From positions 270,265 to 334,264 of the forward strand of contig CAVXYG010000012.1 of the NCBI GenBank assembly GCA_963766005.1: DNA of 64,000 nucleotides, written 5' to 3'. The first letter of the stretch is position 1; each line of letters starts with the position of its first letter. A program made the translations under genes and the position numbers. The notes under the pieces were generated by a model. That model had not been told where the DNA came from. It saw nothing but the letters and a program-made list of their open reading frames with translations, and made no database searches. Source of the stretch: an uncultured Actinomycetota bacterium. Lineage in GTDB: Bacteria; Actinomycetota; Actinomycetes; S36-B12; GCA-2699445. Shown piece after piece: positions 23,816-36,422 of the stretch.

Positions 23816-25291
23816 TCAGCCCCGCACCTCGGGCAACGTGCCGAACCACGGGCGCGCGTCGTGCACCTGCTGCGCCAGCCGCAGCAGCAACTCATCGGTA
23901 CCGAACGCCCCGGCGATCTGCACCCCGATCGGAAGGTTTCTGTTGTTCCAGAACAGCGGGAGGCTCATCGCGGGCTGACCGGTGAGGTTGAAGACCTGCG
24001 TGTTGGGCGTCTTCTCCAGCGAGTCGTGGGCCAACTGGTTCAGGGCCTGCCGCAGCACCACGGCGGGTGTGGGCACCCGTTGCAGCACCGACAGCGCCGT
24101 CTTCTCCACCGCACCGATACCCAGCTCGCCGACCTTCACCGGCGGCGCCGCCATCGTCGCGGACAGGTGGACGTCGAAGTCGGCGCCGAAGACGCTGCCG
24201 AGGGTGCGCGCAGTGCCGGCCGCGACCTCCTGCGCCTCGTACAGCTCCCGCGCCGACAGCGCGTCGCCGACCTGCTTGAGGAACCACGTGGGGCGCTCGA
24301 ACATGGCCGGTTTCGGCGTGCGACCGGTCTTGGCCTTGGTGCCGGCGACATCGGCGGCGACGGCCGCGGCCACGATCGTCAGGTAGGCCCGTGCCACGGC
24401 GGTTTCGTGGATGGGGAGGTCGAACTCCACGATGCGGTGACCGAGCGACTCCAGCAGCGCTGCGGCGTCCTCGACCGCAGCCAGGCAGTCCGGGTGCAGC
24501 GGCTCGCCCAGGAAGGACTGCCTGCTCACGGCCACGGTCAGCCGCCGGGGAGCGCGCCGCAGCCGTTTGGAGAAGGGAGCAGGCCGGCGCGGCGCTGCGT
24601 AGCGCGTACCCGAGGACGCGCCGGCCGTGGCATCCAGGATCGCTGCGCTGTCGCGCACCGACCGGGTCAGGACATGGCGCGCCACCAGCCCGAGCCAGGG
24701 GTCGCCCTCGGGGCCGAGCGGTGTCAGCCCGCGGCTGGGTTTGAAGCCGAACAGCCCGCAGGCCGAGGCCGGGATCCGAATCGAGCCGCCGCCGTCGCCG
24801 GCTGAGGCTGTCGGCACGATGCCCGCGGCGACCGCGGCCGCCGATCCGCCGCTGGAACCGCCGGGCACGTACTCGGGGTTCCACGGGTTGCGGGCGGGTC
24901 CATGGAGCTCCGGCTCGGTGATGCCGAGGATGCCGAACTCCGGGCAGTTCGTCTTGCCGATGATGCGCAGGCCGGCCGCCCGGAAGCGTGCCACGTGGTC
25001 GCTGTCCACCTCGGGGGTCCAGTCGGCCAGGGAACGGCTGCCGTAGCTGCACGGATAGCCGGCGAGGTAGCCGTCCATGTCCTTCAACAAGAACGGGACG
25101 CCGGCGAACGGGCCGTCCTCGGCGGCGCTCGGCGGCGGGTCGATCTCCAGCACCACGGCGTTCAGGATCGGGTTGACCCGCGCCATCCGGTCGCGAGCGG
25201 CGGCTTCCACCTCGCCCGCGGTCACCTCGCCGTCCCGGATGAGTGTTGCCAGTCCGGTCGCGTCGTGCGCGACGTACTCGTCGTGTCGCAT
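23816..25291 (-). CDS. amidase (amidase-signature family)
   Basis: ORF 491 aa with GGSSGGSAAAVAAG and an upstream KDM...G..TS block. Confidence 0.88.
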   Translation of the reverse strand: MRHDEYVAHDATGLATLIRDGEVTAGEVEAAARDRMARVNPILNAVVLEIDPPPSAAEDGPFAGVPFLLKDMDGYLAGYPCSYGSRSLADWTPEVDSDHVARFRAAGLRIIGKTNCPEFGILGITEPELHGPARNPWNPEYVPGGSSGGSAAAVAAGIVPTASAGDGGGSIRIPASACGLFGFKPSRGLTPLGPEGDPWLGLVARHVLTRSVRDSAAILDATAGASSGTRYAAPRRPAPFSKRLRRAPRRLTVAVSRQSFLGEPLHPDCLAAVEDAAALLESLGHRIVEFDLPIHETAVARAYLTIVAAAVAADVAGTKAKTGRTPKPAMFERPTWFLKQVGDALSARELYEAQEVAAGTARTLGSVFGADFDVHLSATMAAPPVKVGELGIGAVEKTALSVLQRVPTPAVVLRQALNQLAHDSLEKTPNTQVFNLTGQPAMSLPLFWNNRNLPIGVQIAGAFGTDELLLRLAQQVHDARPWFGTLPEVRG

Positions 25292-25376
25292 TCCCGCCTC
25301 CTCGCCCCGCCGGCCCGCCAGCGGTCAGATCCCTCGCCACGCTAGCCCACGGCGGCCAACCACCACAGCGCGGTCA

Positions 25377-26792
25377 GTGCAGACTGACTACGTGCACCTG
25401 TCAGCAGCGGCGGCAACTGCCGAGTCCGCCGGCCTCGCCGACGCGCTCGGCAACGTCGCCGTCGTGCTCGTCTTCGTCCTGGTCGGCGGATTCTTCGCGG
25501 CCGCCGAGATCGCCCTGATCTCGCTGCGCGAGACCAGGCTTGAGCTGCTCGCCGAGACGAAGCCGAAGCGGGCCGGCACCGTGGCGAGGCTCGTGGCCGA
25601 TCCGAACCGCCTCCTGGCTGCCGTCCAGGTCGGAGTCACCCTGGCCGGATTCCTCTCCGCCGGCTTCGGCGCCGCCCAGATCGCCCCGGCGCTGGAGCCC
25701 GCGCTGCAGTCGGCGGGCTTGTCCCAGGCTGCCGCCGCCGGCGTCGCCTTCGTGTCGGTGACCATCGTCATCGCCTATCTGTCGCTGGTCCTCGGCGAAC
25801 TCGTGCCGAAGCGGATGGCGCTGCAGCGTGCCGACACCATGGCCCTGTGGGTCGCGGGCCCGGTCGATCTCACCGCTCGGTTGCTCACCCCGTTCATCTG
25901 GCTGCTCTCGCGGTCCACCGACCTGCTGGTGCGGGTGCTCGGCGGCGATCCGGAGGTGGGCCGCGAGCAGATGACCACCGAGGAGTTGCGCGGGCTGGTC
26001 GCTTCGCACGAGGACTTCACGGCCACCGAACGGGAACTGATCGACGACGTCATCGCCGCCGGATCGCGGGAGTTGCGGGAAGTGATGATCCCTCGCACCG
26101 AGGTGGAATTCCTGCCGGAGGACATGCCGGTGTTCCGCGCCGTGGAGCACGTCAGCGCGCTGCCCTTCTCCCGCTACCCGGTGGTGGGCGAGTCCCCGGA
26201 CGAGGTGCTGGGCTTCATCCACGTCCGCGATCTGCTGGCCCCGGCCTTGAGCGGCCGCAGCATCCGGCTGGTGGACCTGACGCGGGACGTGGCCCGGCTG
26301 CCCGGCTCGAAGCTCGTGCTGTCCGCGCTGTCGGAGATGCGCGACAGCGGCATCCATCTGGCCATCGTGGAGGACGAGTACGGCGGAACCGACGGCATCG
26401 TCACGCTGGAAGACCTGGTCGAGGAAGTCATCGGAGACATCCGGGACGAGTTCGACGCTGCGAGCGAGGCTGCTCCGCCGGCACATCCGGTGCTGTCGGG
26501 CCCGCGCGAGGTGGACGGGCTGACGAACCTCGACGACTTTGCGGAAGCAACCGGCATCAGGCTGCCCGAGGGACCGTACGAGACGGTGGCGGGATGGCTG
26601 GTGGCCACGTTGGGCGCTCTGCCGTCGGTCGGCGAGGGCGCTGCGTTCGGCGACCACCGGTTCAGCGTTGCACTGATGGACGGACGCAGGGTCGAACGGG
26701 TCCGCGTGGCGCCCCCGACGGGCGCGTTCCCGCAACGTGATCCCGGCGCCGACGATGCGGCCGACGGCAGTGGCGGCTCGAAACCGACCTAG
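25377..26792 (+). CDS. hemolysin-family / CNNM (DUF21-CBS pair-CorC_HlyC) membrane protein
   Basis: In ORF 25077..26792. First in-frame GTG after the divergent amidase (25377; 25392 is also possible). [18 protein letters not shown] pair and C-terminal transporter-associated domain. Confidence 0.85.
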   Translation: MQTDYVHLSAAAATAESAGLADALGNVAVVLVFVLVGGFFAAAEIALISLRETRLELLAETKPKRAGTVARLVADPNRLLAAVQVGVTLAGFLSAGFGAAQIAPALEPALQSAGLSQAAAAGVAFVSVTIVIAYLSLVLGELVPKRMALQRADTMALWVAGPVDLTARLLTPFIWLLSRSTDLLVRVLGGDPEVGREQMTTEELRGLVASHEDFTATERELIDDVIAAGSRELREVMIPRTEVEFLPEDMPVFRAVEHVSALPFSRYPVVGESPDEVLGFIHVRDLLAPALSGRSIRLVDLTRDVARLPGSKLVLSALSEMRDSGIHLAIVEDEYGGTDGIVTLEDLVEEVIGDIRDEFDAASEAAPPAHPVLSGPREVDGLTNLDDFAEATGIRLPEGPYETVAGWLVATLGALPSVGEGAAFGDHRFSVALMDGRRVERVRVAPPTGAFPQRDPGADDAADGSGGSKPT

Positions 26793-27021
26793 GGGGTCGG
26801 ATCCGCCGCGCGGCGCGGTACCGGGACATCGGCGCAGCAGGCAACGGCGTCGGCGCGGCGTGTCGGCAGATGCCGGCTGCCGAGGACCGGCGGGTCGTCC
26901 CTGTCCCGGAAGCGGCGCAACGGGGGCTCGGATGCCGCCCGCTCTGTCGATCCCGGGACACCGTCGCGGCCTGGGCCACCGCACCGGCGCCCGGCCGGGG
27001 GCATTCCGCCACAATGGCCCC

Positions 27022-28035
27022 ATGCCATCCGATGCTGCGCGACCCAGGGTGCTGTCCGGAATCCAGCCCACGGCGGATTCGTTCCAGCTCGGCAACTACC
27101 TCGGCGCGGTGCGCCACTGGGTGCACCTGCAGGAGGACCACGACGCCTACTACTGCGTGGTGGACCTGCACGCGATCACGGTGCCGCACGATCCCGACGA
27201 GCTGCGCCGCCGCACCCGCGTCGCGTACGCGCAGCTGCTCGCGGCCGGGATCGACCCGGAGCGCGCCACGGTGTTCCTGCAGAGCCACGTGCCGGAGCAC
27301 ACCCAGTTGGCATGGCTGCTGCAGTGCATCGCCGGCTTCGGCGAGGCCTCGCGGATGACGCAGTTCAAGGACAAGTCCGTGAAGTCCGGCACCGACCGAG
27401 CCACCGTCGGGCTGTTCACCTACCCGATCCTGCAGGCGGCCGACATCGTCGCCTACTCCGCGCACCATGTGCCGGTGGGGGAGGATCAGCGCCAGCATCT
27501 GGAACTGACCCGCGACCTGGCTCTCCGCTTCAACAGCCGCTTCGGCGAGACCTTCACCGTTCCCCAGCCCTACATCGTCAAGGACACCGCGAAGGTCCTC
27601 GACCTGGCAGACCCGACGGCGAAGATGAGCAAGAGCTCGCCTGCCGGGTGCGTGTTCCTGCTGGATCCTCCGAAGGCGATCGAGAAGAAGTTCAAGCGCG
27701 CGGTCACCGATTCGCAGACCGAGGTCCGCTTCGATCCGGAGCACAAGCCGGGGGTGAGCAACCTGCTGGGCATCTTGTCGGCGTTCTCCGGCAGGAGGAT
27801 TCCGGAACTGGAGGCGGAGTTCGGCTCCGGCGGATACGGCCGGCTCAAGCAGGCGACGGCCGACGCGGTGAATGCGTTCGCAGGCCCGTACGCGGCTCGA
27901 GTCGCCGAGTTGATGCAGGATCGCGCCGAGCTCGACCGGTTGATGGCCGACGGCGCTGCCCGCGCGCGCGCTCAGGCGGCCCCCGTCGCCGAGCGGGCCT
28001 ACGACAACGTGGGACTCGTCCCGTTGGCGCACTAG
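27022..28035 (+). CDS. trpS: tryptophan--tRNA ligase
   Basis: In ORF 26737..28035. Start placed at [21 protein letters not shown]-like GNYLG and KMSKS (AKMSKSS) motifs. Confidence 0.95.
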   Translation: MPSDAARPRVLSGIQPTADSFQLGNYLGAVRHWVHLQEDHDAYYCVVDLHAITVPHDPDELRRRTRVAYAQLLAAGIDPERATVFLQSHVPEHTQLAWLLQCIAGFGEASRMTQFKDKSVKSGTDRATVGLFTYPILQAADIVAYSAHHVPVGEDQRQHLELTRDLALRFNSRFGETFTVPQPYIVKDTAKVLDLADPTAKMSKSSPAGCVFLLDPPKAIEKKFKRAVTDSQTEVRFDPEHKPGVSNLLGILSAFSGRRIPELEAEFGSGGYGRLKQATADAVNAFAGPYAARVAELMQDRAELDRLMADGAARARAQAAPVAERAYDNVGLVPLAH

Positions 28036-28036
28036 G

Positions 28037-29125
28037 ATGCCGCCCATGGGGCATCGCACGCCGCTGTACGAGGCGCATCTGGCGGCCGGCGCGACGATGG
28101 TGGACTTCGCCGGGTGGGACATGCCGGTGCACTACGGCTCCCAGGTGGCCGAGCACAACGCGGTGCGCTCCGGTGCAGGCATGTTCGACGTGTCCCACAT
28201 GCGGGTGGTCGAGATCGAGGGCCCCGACGCCGAGGCCCTGCTGCGCCGAGTGCTGGCCAACGATGTCGCTCGACTCGGGCCGGGCAGGGCGCTGTACTCC
28301 TGCATGTGCAACGAGCACGGCGGGGTCGTCGACGACGTTATCGTCTATCGCACCGACGGGTATCGGTTGGTCGTCAACTGCGCCACCTCCGAGACCGACC
28401 TGGCATGGCTGGTGAGTCAGGCATCGGGCGATGTCACGATCACGCCGCGGCCCGACCTGGCGATGATCGCCGTCCAGGGCCCCGACGCCCGTGCCCGGGC
28501 ATCGGCCGCGCTGCCGGAGCACGCAGACGTCCTGGGCAACCTCGCCCGCTTCGAAGGCCGGCCCAGCGGCGCCTGGTTCATCGGGCGCACCGGCTACACC
28601 GGCGAGGACGGCGTGGAGGTCATGCTGCCGGCGCAGGATGCACCGGCCGCGTGGGATGCGCTCCTGGCCTCCGGCGTGACACCGGCGGGACTGGGTGCCC
28701 GTGACACGCTGCGGCTGGAGGCCGGCCTCAACCTCTACGGCAACGAGATGGACACCGAGACGACGCCGTTGGAGTGCGGCCTGGCATGGACGGTGGCCTT
28801 CGACCCGCCGGACCGCGACTTCATCGGCCGCGCGGCGCTGGCGCAGCAGCGCCCCGATACCCGCTTCGTCGGCTTGATCCTCAACGGGCGGGGCGTGATG
28901 CGCTCCGGGCAGCGAGTGCGCACCGCCGCAGGTGGGGGAGCGGTGACCAGCGGGAGCTACTCGCCGACTCTGGCCGCGTCGATCGCCATGGCGCGAATTC
29001 CGGTCGGCGAGCAGGCGGCCGCCGAGGTGGAGTTGCGCGGCCGATGGGTCCCAGCCGACATCGTCGCGCTCCCCTTCGTCCGCAATGGCCAGCGCAACAC
29101 CATCAAGGAAGGAGCACGGTCATGA
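28037..29125 (+). CDS. gcvT: glycine cleavage system aminomethyltransferase T
   Basis: ORF 362 aa: [34 protein letters not shown]. Begins 1 nt after the trpS TAG; ATG 28046 is an alternative start. Confidence 0.93.
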   Translation: MPPMGHRTPLYEAHLAAGATMVDFAGWDMPVHYGSQVAEHNAVRSGAGMFDVSHMRVVEIEGPDAEALLRRVLANDVARLGPGRALYSCMCNEHGGVVDDVIVYRTDGYRLVVNCATSETDLAWLVSQASGDVTITPRPDLAMIAVQGPDARARASAALPEHADVLGNLARFEGRPSGAWFIGRTGYTGEDGVEVMLPAQDAPAAWDALLASGVTPAGLGARDTLRLEAGLNLYGNEMDTETTPLECGLAWTVAFDPPDRDFIGRAALAQQRPDTRFVGLILNGRGVMRSGQRVRTAAGGGAVTSGSYSPTLAASIAMARIPVGEQAAAEVELRGRWVPADIVALPFVRNGQRNTIKEGARS

Positions 29126-29510
29126 GCATTGTCCCGGCGGGTCTTCGCTACACCGCCTCGCACGAGTGGATCCGCGACGAGGGCGACGGCACCGCGACCG
29201 TCGGCATCACGGACTTCGCCCAGGCCCAGCTCGGCGACGTCGTGTTCGTGGAGTTGCCGACCGCCGGCACCGAAGTGGCGGCCGGGGACGTCGTCGGTGT
29301 CGTGGAGTCGGTGAAGGCCGCCTCGGACCTCTACGCACCGCTCAGCGGCGTGGTCGAGGACAGCAACGGCGAACTCGAGACCGGCCCGGAGCGGGTCAAC
29401 GACGACGCCTATCAGGCCTGGTTCCTGCGAATCCGGCTGTCCGACCCGGGGCAACTGACGGCGCTGCTGGACGCCGAGGCGTACACGGCGGCCCTGCCTC
29501 AGGGCAGCTG

Positions 29511-29511
<1 letters not shown>
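29122..29511 (+). CDS. gcvH: glycine cleavage system protein H
   Basis: In the frame of ORF 28774..29511. ATGA overlap with gcvT. Motifs: YTASHEWI and [12 protein letters not shown] (lipoyl-Lys). Confidence 0.93.
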
Positions 29512-32339
<2,828 letters not shown>

Positions 32340-32342
32340 GCC

Positions 32343-32861
32343 GTGGACCTCATCGTGACCGTGCTGACGGATGACCGCCCCGGCGTCATCGACCAGGTGT
32401 CCTCGGTGGTCGCCCGCCACGGGGGCAACTGGCAGGACAGCCGGATGGCGCAGCTGGCGGGCAAGTTCGCCGGCATCATCGCCATCGCGGTCCCCGACGC
32501 TTCCGGTGACCAGCTGCGCGCTGATCTGGCCGGGCTGTCCGGCATCGTCGTGCATATCGCGACCGCTGCCGAGTCGGTGCCGGCCACTCGTCGGCACACG
32601 CTGGAGGTCGTGGCGAACGATCGGCCCGGAATCGTGGCGGAGGTCAGCCGTGCGCTGGCCGACATGGGCGTGAACGTGGCCGAGTTGGCGTCGGCGGTGC
32701 AGCCGGCGTCCATGAGCGGCGGTGTCGTCTTCCGCGCGAGGCTGGACATCGGACTCACGCCCGAGCAGTCGCTGGACCGGGTCATCGCCGGACTGGAGCG
32801 GTTGTCCGACGACGTCATGATCGACGTGCCGCAGGAGAAGGGGTCGCCGACCCCGGGGTGA
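32343..32861 (+). CDS. gcvR: tandem ACT-domain protein, GcvR-like glycine cleavage regulator
   Basis: ORF 172 aa with two DRPGI(V/I) ACT motifs. Starts 3 nt after gcvP. Confidence 0.7.
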   Translation: MDLIVTVLTDDRPGVIDQVSSVVARHGGNWQDSRMAQLAGKFAGIIAIAVPDASGDQLRADLAGLSGIVVHIATAAESVPATRRHTLEVVANDRPGIVAEVSRALADMGVNVAELASAVQPASMSGGVVFRARLDIGLTPEQSLDRVIAGLERLSDDVMIDVPQEKGSPTPG

Positions 32862-32932
32862 GATCTCCCCCACTCAAGGGTTCGCGCCTCGGCCGTGCCG
32901 CGGGGGATCGTCGTGGGCCGCCCTCGGCCGCG

Positions 32933-34150
32933 TCACACCCGCACGTCGTCGCGCAGGTCGACCACCCGGGGCCGGCGTACTGCGGGCACGGGGTGGCGCC
33001 GGCGGATGGACCGTCGATACGGCGCTCGCGCCAATCGCCACACCGCCAGACCGGAGGCGACGGTGATGCCGCTGAGGACCAGGGGGGCCCGGCCCGGGGC
33101 GGTCGACGGCAGCGTGACCGCAGGCGCGACGCTGTCATCCCTCGCAGACACGGCTGCCGCGTCAGGTTGGACATCGGCATACTTCGGATCGACCAGGGTT
33201 CCGACGGGCTGCAGCCCGTCGCCTGACTCGAAGGCCCAATCCAGGTAGCGCGCGCCGGTCTGATAGGTGTTCCCGGCGATGCCCATGAGCGTGACCAGAT
33301 AGCGCTGACCATCGCGCTCGGCCGCCGCTGCGAAGGTGCGTCCGGCGTTCGTCGTGAACCCGGACTTCACGCCGATCCCGCCCTCGTAGCCGCCGGTGAC
33401 CAGGGAGTTCTGGTTCCAGATCTCGAAGGTCGGCCGCGACCGGGGGTCGCTGGTCCCCGACATCGGGAACGTCGAGTTCGACAGTGCGGCGAGCTCGGCG
33501 AAGTCCGCTCGCTCCAGCCCGGCGCGCGCGATCAGCGCCAAGTCGTAGGCGGAAGTCACCTGCCCGACCTCGTCGAGCCCGTGCGGGTTGCGCACGACCG
33601 TGTCGTAGGCGTGGAGGCGCCCGGCCTCGGCCTGCATCTGCTCGACGGTGGCATCGATGCCGCCGTTGAGGCTGGCAACGGCGTTCGCGGCGTCGTTGCC
33701 CGAGATGAGGAACATGCCTTCCAGCAGTTGCCGGGCGGTGTAGGTGCTGCCCTCGACGATGCCCACCTTGGACCCCTCGACGAACACGTCCTCCTCGACG
33801 GCGGTGTGGATCGCGTCCTGCTCCACGCGGGGGAGCACGGTCAGCGCGGTGAGCATCTTCAGTGTGCTGGCCGGGGGGAACTGCCCGTGCGCGTCCTGCG
33901 CGGCGATGATCTCGCCGGTGTCGAGGTCGGCCACGATGAAGGATCCCGCGCCGGCCTCGGGCAGCGGCGCGGCCTGCGAATCCAGGAGCAGGCCCGGGCG
34001 GTACAGTCCGTCGCCGCCGACCCGGGGATTGTCCTCGAGGTGATCCGCTGCCGCGGGGCTCGCCACCACCACCGCCAGCAGCACGCCGACGACTGCGGCC
34101 AGGACGCCGTGCGCAGCGCGTCGGCGCAGGGTCGCACTGGTGGTCGGCAC
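32933..34150 (-). CDS. D-alanyl-D-alanine carboxypeptidase (S11 PBP) with C-terminal membrane anchor
   Basis: ORF 405 aa. Signal/TM segment, ASTLK (SxxK), SGND (SxN), KSGFT (KTG-like). Confidence 0.88.
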   Translation of the reverse strand: MPTTSATLRRRAAHGVLAAVVGVLLAVVVASPAAADHLEDNPRVGGDGLYRPGLLLDSQAAPLPEAGAGSFIVADLDTGEIIAAQDAHGQFPPASTLKMLTALTVLPRVEQDAIHTAVEEDVFVEGSKVGIVEGSTYTARQLLEGMFLISGNDAANAVASLNGGIDATVEQMQAEAGRLHAYDTVVRNPHGLDEVGQVTSAYDLALIARAGLERADFAELAALSNSTFPMSGTSDPRSRPTFEIWNQNSLVTGGYEGGIGVKSGFTTNAGRTFAAAAERDGQRYLVTLMGIAGNTYQTGARYLDWAFESGDGLQPVGTLVDPKYADVQPDAAAVSARDDSVAPAVTLPSTAPGRAPLVLSGITVASGLAVWRLARAPYRRSIRRRHPVPAVRRPRVVDLRDDVRV

Positions 34151-34318
34151 GAAGGCGATTATCCCGCCGCAGCTGCCCGAATCTGCGTCATCCGCACCGT
34201 GTCGGGATCTCGAGGCTCGCGGCCTTCCCGGACACCGGGCCCGGTCACGGCTCGTTGCTGTCTCCTCGCGCCGCGCCGGCGGCAGCGCGCCTCGCGATGC
34301 CGGCTGTGGGTGGGTCGG

Positions 34319-34675
34319 TCAGCCGACGCCGAGCAGGTCGATGACGAAGACCAGCGTCTTGCCGGAGAGCCGATGCCCGCCTGCCTCGCCGTAGGCAAGC
34401 GCCGGGGGGATGATCAGTTCGCGACGCCCACCGACTCGCATGCCGGGGATTCCGTCCTGCCAGCCCTGAATCAGGCCGCGCAGCGGGAACTGGATGGACT
34501 CGCCGCGGTTCCACGAGGAGTCGAACTCCTCGCCGGTGTCGAACTCGACGCCGACGTAGTGGACGGTCACCTGGTCGCCGGGCTTGGCCTGCGCCCCGTC
34601 GCCGACGGTGATGTCGCGGATCTGGAGCGCGGTGGGGGCGTCGCCGCCTGGGAAGTCGATCTCTGGCTTCTGCAT
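34319..34675 (-). CDS. FKBP-type peptidyl-prolyl cis-trans isomerase
   Basis: ORF 118 aa: VHYVGVEFDTGEEFDSSW, GLIQGWQDGIPGMRVGGRR, LVFVIDLL. Confidence 0.92.
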   Translation of the reverse strand: MQKPEIDFPGGDAPTALQIRDITVGDGAQAKPGDQVTVHYVGVEFDTGEEFDSSWNRGESIQFPLRGLIQGWQDGIPGMRVGGRRELIIPPALAYGEAGGHRLSGKTLVFVIDLLGVG

Positions 34676-34917
34676 CCGATCAGTCTGCCAGGTCGGGGCG
34701 GCGCGGCGGCAGAGGTGCTTGCCGGTGATCGTCTCGCGCTCGGCTCAGCGGGCTGCGAGGAGCCGCCCGCCCCAGGTGCCGGCAAGCCCGGGGTGCTGCC
34801 GAGGCGGTGGTTGCGGTGCGCTCGCGCAGTCCGCGCCAGGCGGTCTGGTCGCGTCGGCAACGGACCGCCTTGGCCTGCGGCGGGGGACGGCACACCGCCC
34901 CACGACTCGGGCGGCAC

Positions 34918-35868
34918 TCACCCCCGAGGCGTGGAGTCCCGGATCAGCACCTCTTGGGCCGCTGAGGCCGCGAGCACCCCGTCGCGCCGGAAGAACTCTC
35001 CCCGGGCGAAGCCTCGACCGTGCCCTGCCGAGGGGGAGTCAGTGGCGAACAGCAGCCACTCATCGGCCCAGAACCGGTTGTGGAACCACATCGCGTGGTC
35101 CAGTGACGCGATGTCCAGGCCTCTCGCCCCTGCCCGGCCGCCGTGGTGCCCTGTCACGGTGCCCACCATGTTGAGGTCGGAGAAGTAGGTCAGGATGCAG
35201 ACGTTGAGCAGTTGGACGTTCGGCAGATCCTCGCTCGACCGGACCCAGTTCAGACGGTCGAACCGTCCCTGTGACACCTCCAGCGCCCGCGCCGGCTCAA
35301 TGACGCGCAGATCGAACCGCTGGGCGGTGGGGTAGCCGTGCTCGGTCAAGGCGGTGGCCAAGTTCGATTCCGACGGATCCGCAGTCAGCGTGATGTGGTC
35401 GAACACCACTTCCGGCGGGAGGCTGTCGGGCGGCGGGACCGCGCGGAACCATGCCGGCTGGCGGCCCTCGCGCTGGTGCTCGGGCCCGGTCTGGGGCTCG
35501 GCGAACGACACCGACATGGTGAAGATCGTCTTCCCGTACTGGATGGCCCGGACCCGACGGGTGGTGAAGCTGCGGCCGTCGCGGGGCCGATCCACCATGT
35601 AGACGATGTGGTCGGTCGTGTGACCGGGCCGCAGGAAATACGCGTGGAGCGAGTGCACGTCGCGAGACTCGTCGGCCACCGTGGCGCCGGCCGCGACTAG
35701 GGCCTGCGCGGCGACCTGCCCGCCGAATGCCCGCAGCGGGCTTCCGGCGTGGCACCAGCCCGTGAAGACATCACGGTCCACCTGCTTGAGCCGCAAGCGT
35801 GTCAGGAAGTCGTCCTGGGGGCTGGGCGGCCGGTCGTGGTAGGCGGAGATGAGGCCTTCGATCAGCAT
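34918..35868 (-). CDS. tesB: acyl-CoA thioesterase II
   Basis: ORF 34918..35931. Start placed at MLIEGL (35868). Double hot-dog fold: FGGQVAAQAL, HSLHAYFLRPG, SLDHAMWFH. Confidence 0.85.
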   Translation of the reverse strand: MLIEGLISAYHDRPPSPQDDFLTRLRLKQVDRDVFTGWCHAGSPLRAFGGQVAAQALVAAGATVADESRDVHSLHAYFLRPGHTTDHIVYMVDRPRDGRSFTTRRVRAIQYGKTIFTMSVSFAEPQTGPEHQREGRQPAWFRAVPPPDSLPPEVVFDHITLTADPSESNLATALTEHGYPTAQRFDLRVIEPARALEVSQGRFDRLNWVRSSEDLPNVQLLNVCILTYFSDLNMVGTVTGHHGGRAGARGLDIASLDHAMWFHNRFWADEWLLFATDSPSAGHGRGFARGEFFRRDGVLAASAAQEVLIRDSTPRG

Positions 35869-35969
35869 GGCGCCAGTATTGCCGCTCCCGGTCGGCAATG
35901 CGTTTCCATCTATACCCGGGGGGGTATACAATGAGCACTCTCGCCGGATCAGCCTGGAGGATTCCCACG

Positions 35970-36086
35970 ATGTGCAGCCCAGCCCTGTGCCCCCGTTGCC
36001 GCAAGGTCACCTGGACCGGATGCGGCAATCACGTCGAGCAGGCATTGTCCGGATTCCCCGCGGAGCGGCGCTGCGAGTGCCGCTAG
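35970..36086 (+). CDS. small cysteine-rich protein (38 aa), function unknown
   Basis: MCSPALCPRCRKVTWTGCGNHVEQALSGFPAERRCECR has 6 Cys. GGAGGA Shine-Dalgarno 8 nt upstream of ATG 35970. High GC3. The track ORF 35898..36086 starts further upstream. Confidence 0.6.
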   Translation: MCSPALCPRCRKVTWTGCGNHVEQALSGFPAERRCECR

Positions 36087-36422
36087 GGGTGTGCGTTCAG
36101 GCGAGTCGGGCGGAGCATGGACCGATCATCGCCGAGCTGCCCGACATCTGCGACTTCCCCCTCGAGCACGTCCTCCAGCTGCACACCACGAACCCCGAGC
36201 TGCTCGCCCGGTGACCGTAGGCGTCCGGCCCTGAAGCCACCCGTCAGGCCCCGGGCGCTCGTGCGCGGAGGCCGGGCGGCGGGTCTCGGCCGGGTATGGC
36301 GCCGCGACTGCCAGTTGGCCAGACCCCCCCGCACGCGGCGCACGGCGCGGTGGATCTCCCACCTTCGCCGACCCCGTCTGCCCGACGCGCGGAGCGCAGC
36401 GTGCCCACGGTGCGGCCAACTG

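Noticed and set aside
26793-27021. A T-box leader upstream of trpS, or a glycine riboswitch upstream of gcvT.
   Set aside because: There is no AGGGUGGNACCGCG-type T-box sequence on the sense strand; only a chance CGCGGTACC is present. The gcvT start abuts the trpS stop, which leaves no space for a riboswitch.
35898-35969. The longer version of the small Cys-rich ORF, starting MRFHLYPGGYTMSTLAG...
   Set aside because: The upstream extension has poor codon bias and overlaps the divergent tesB promoter region. A strong GGAGGA Shine-Dalgarno precedes the internal ATG at 35970.
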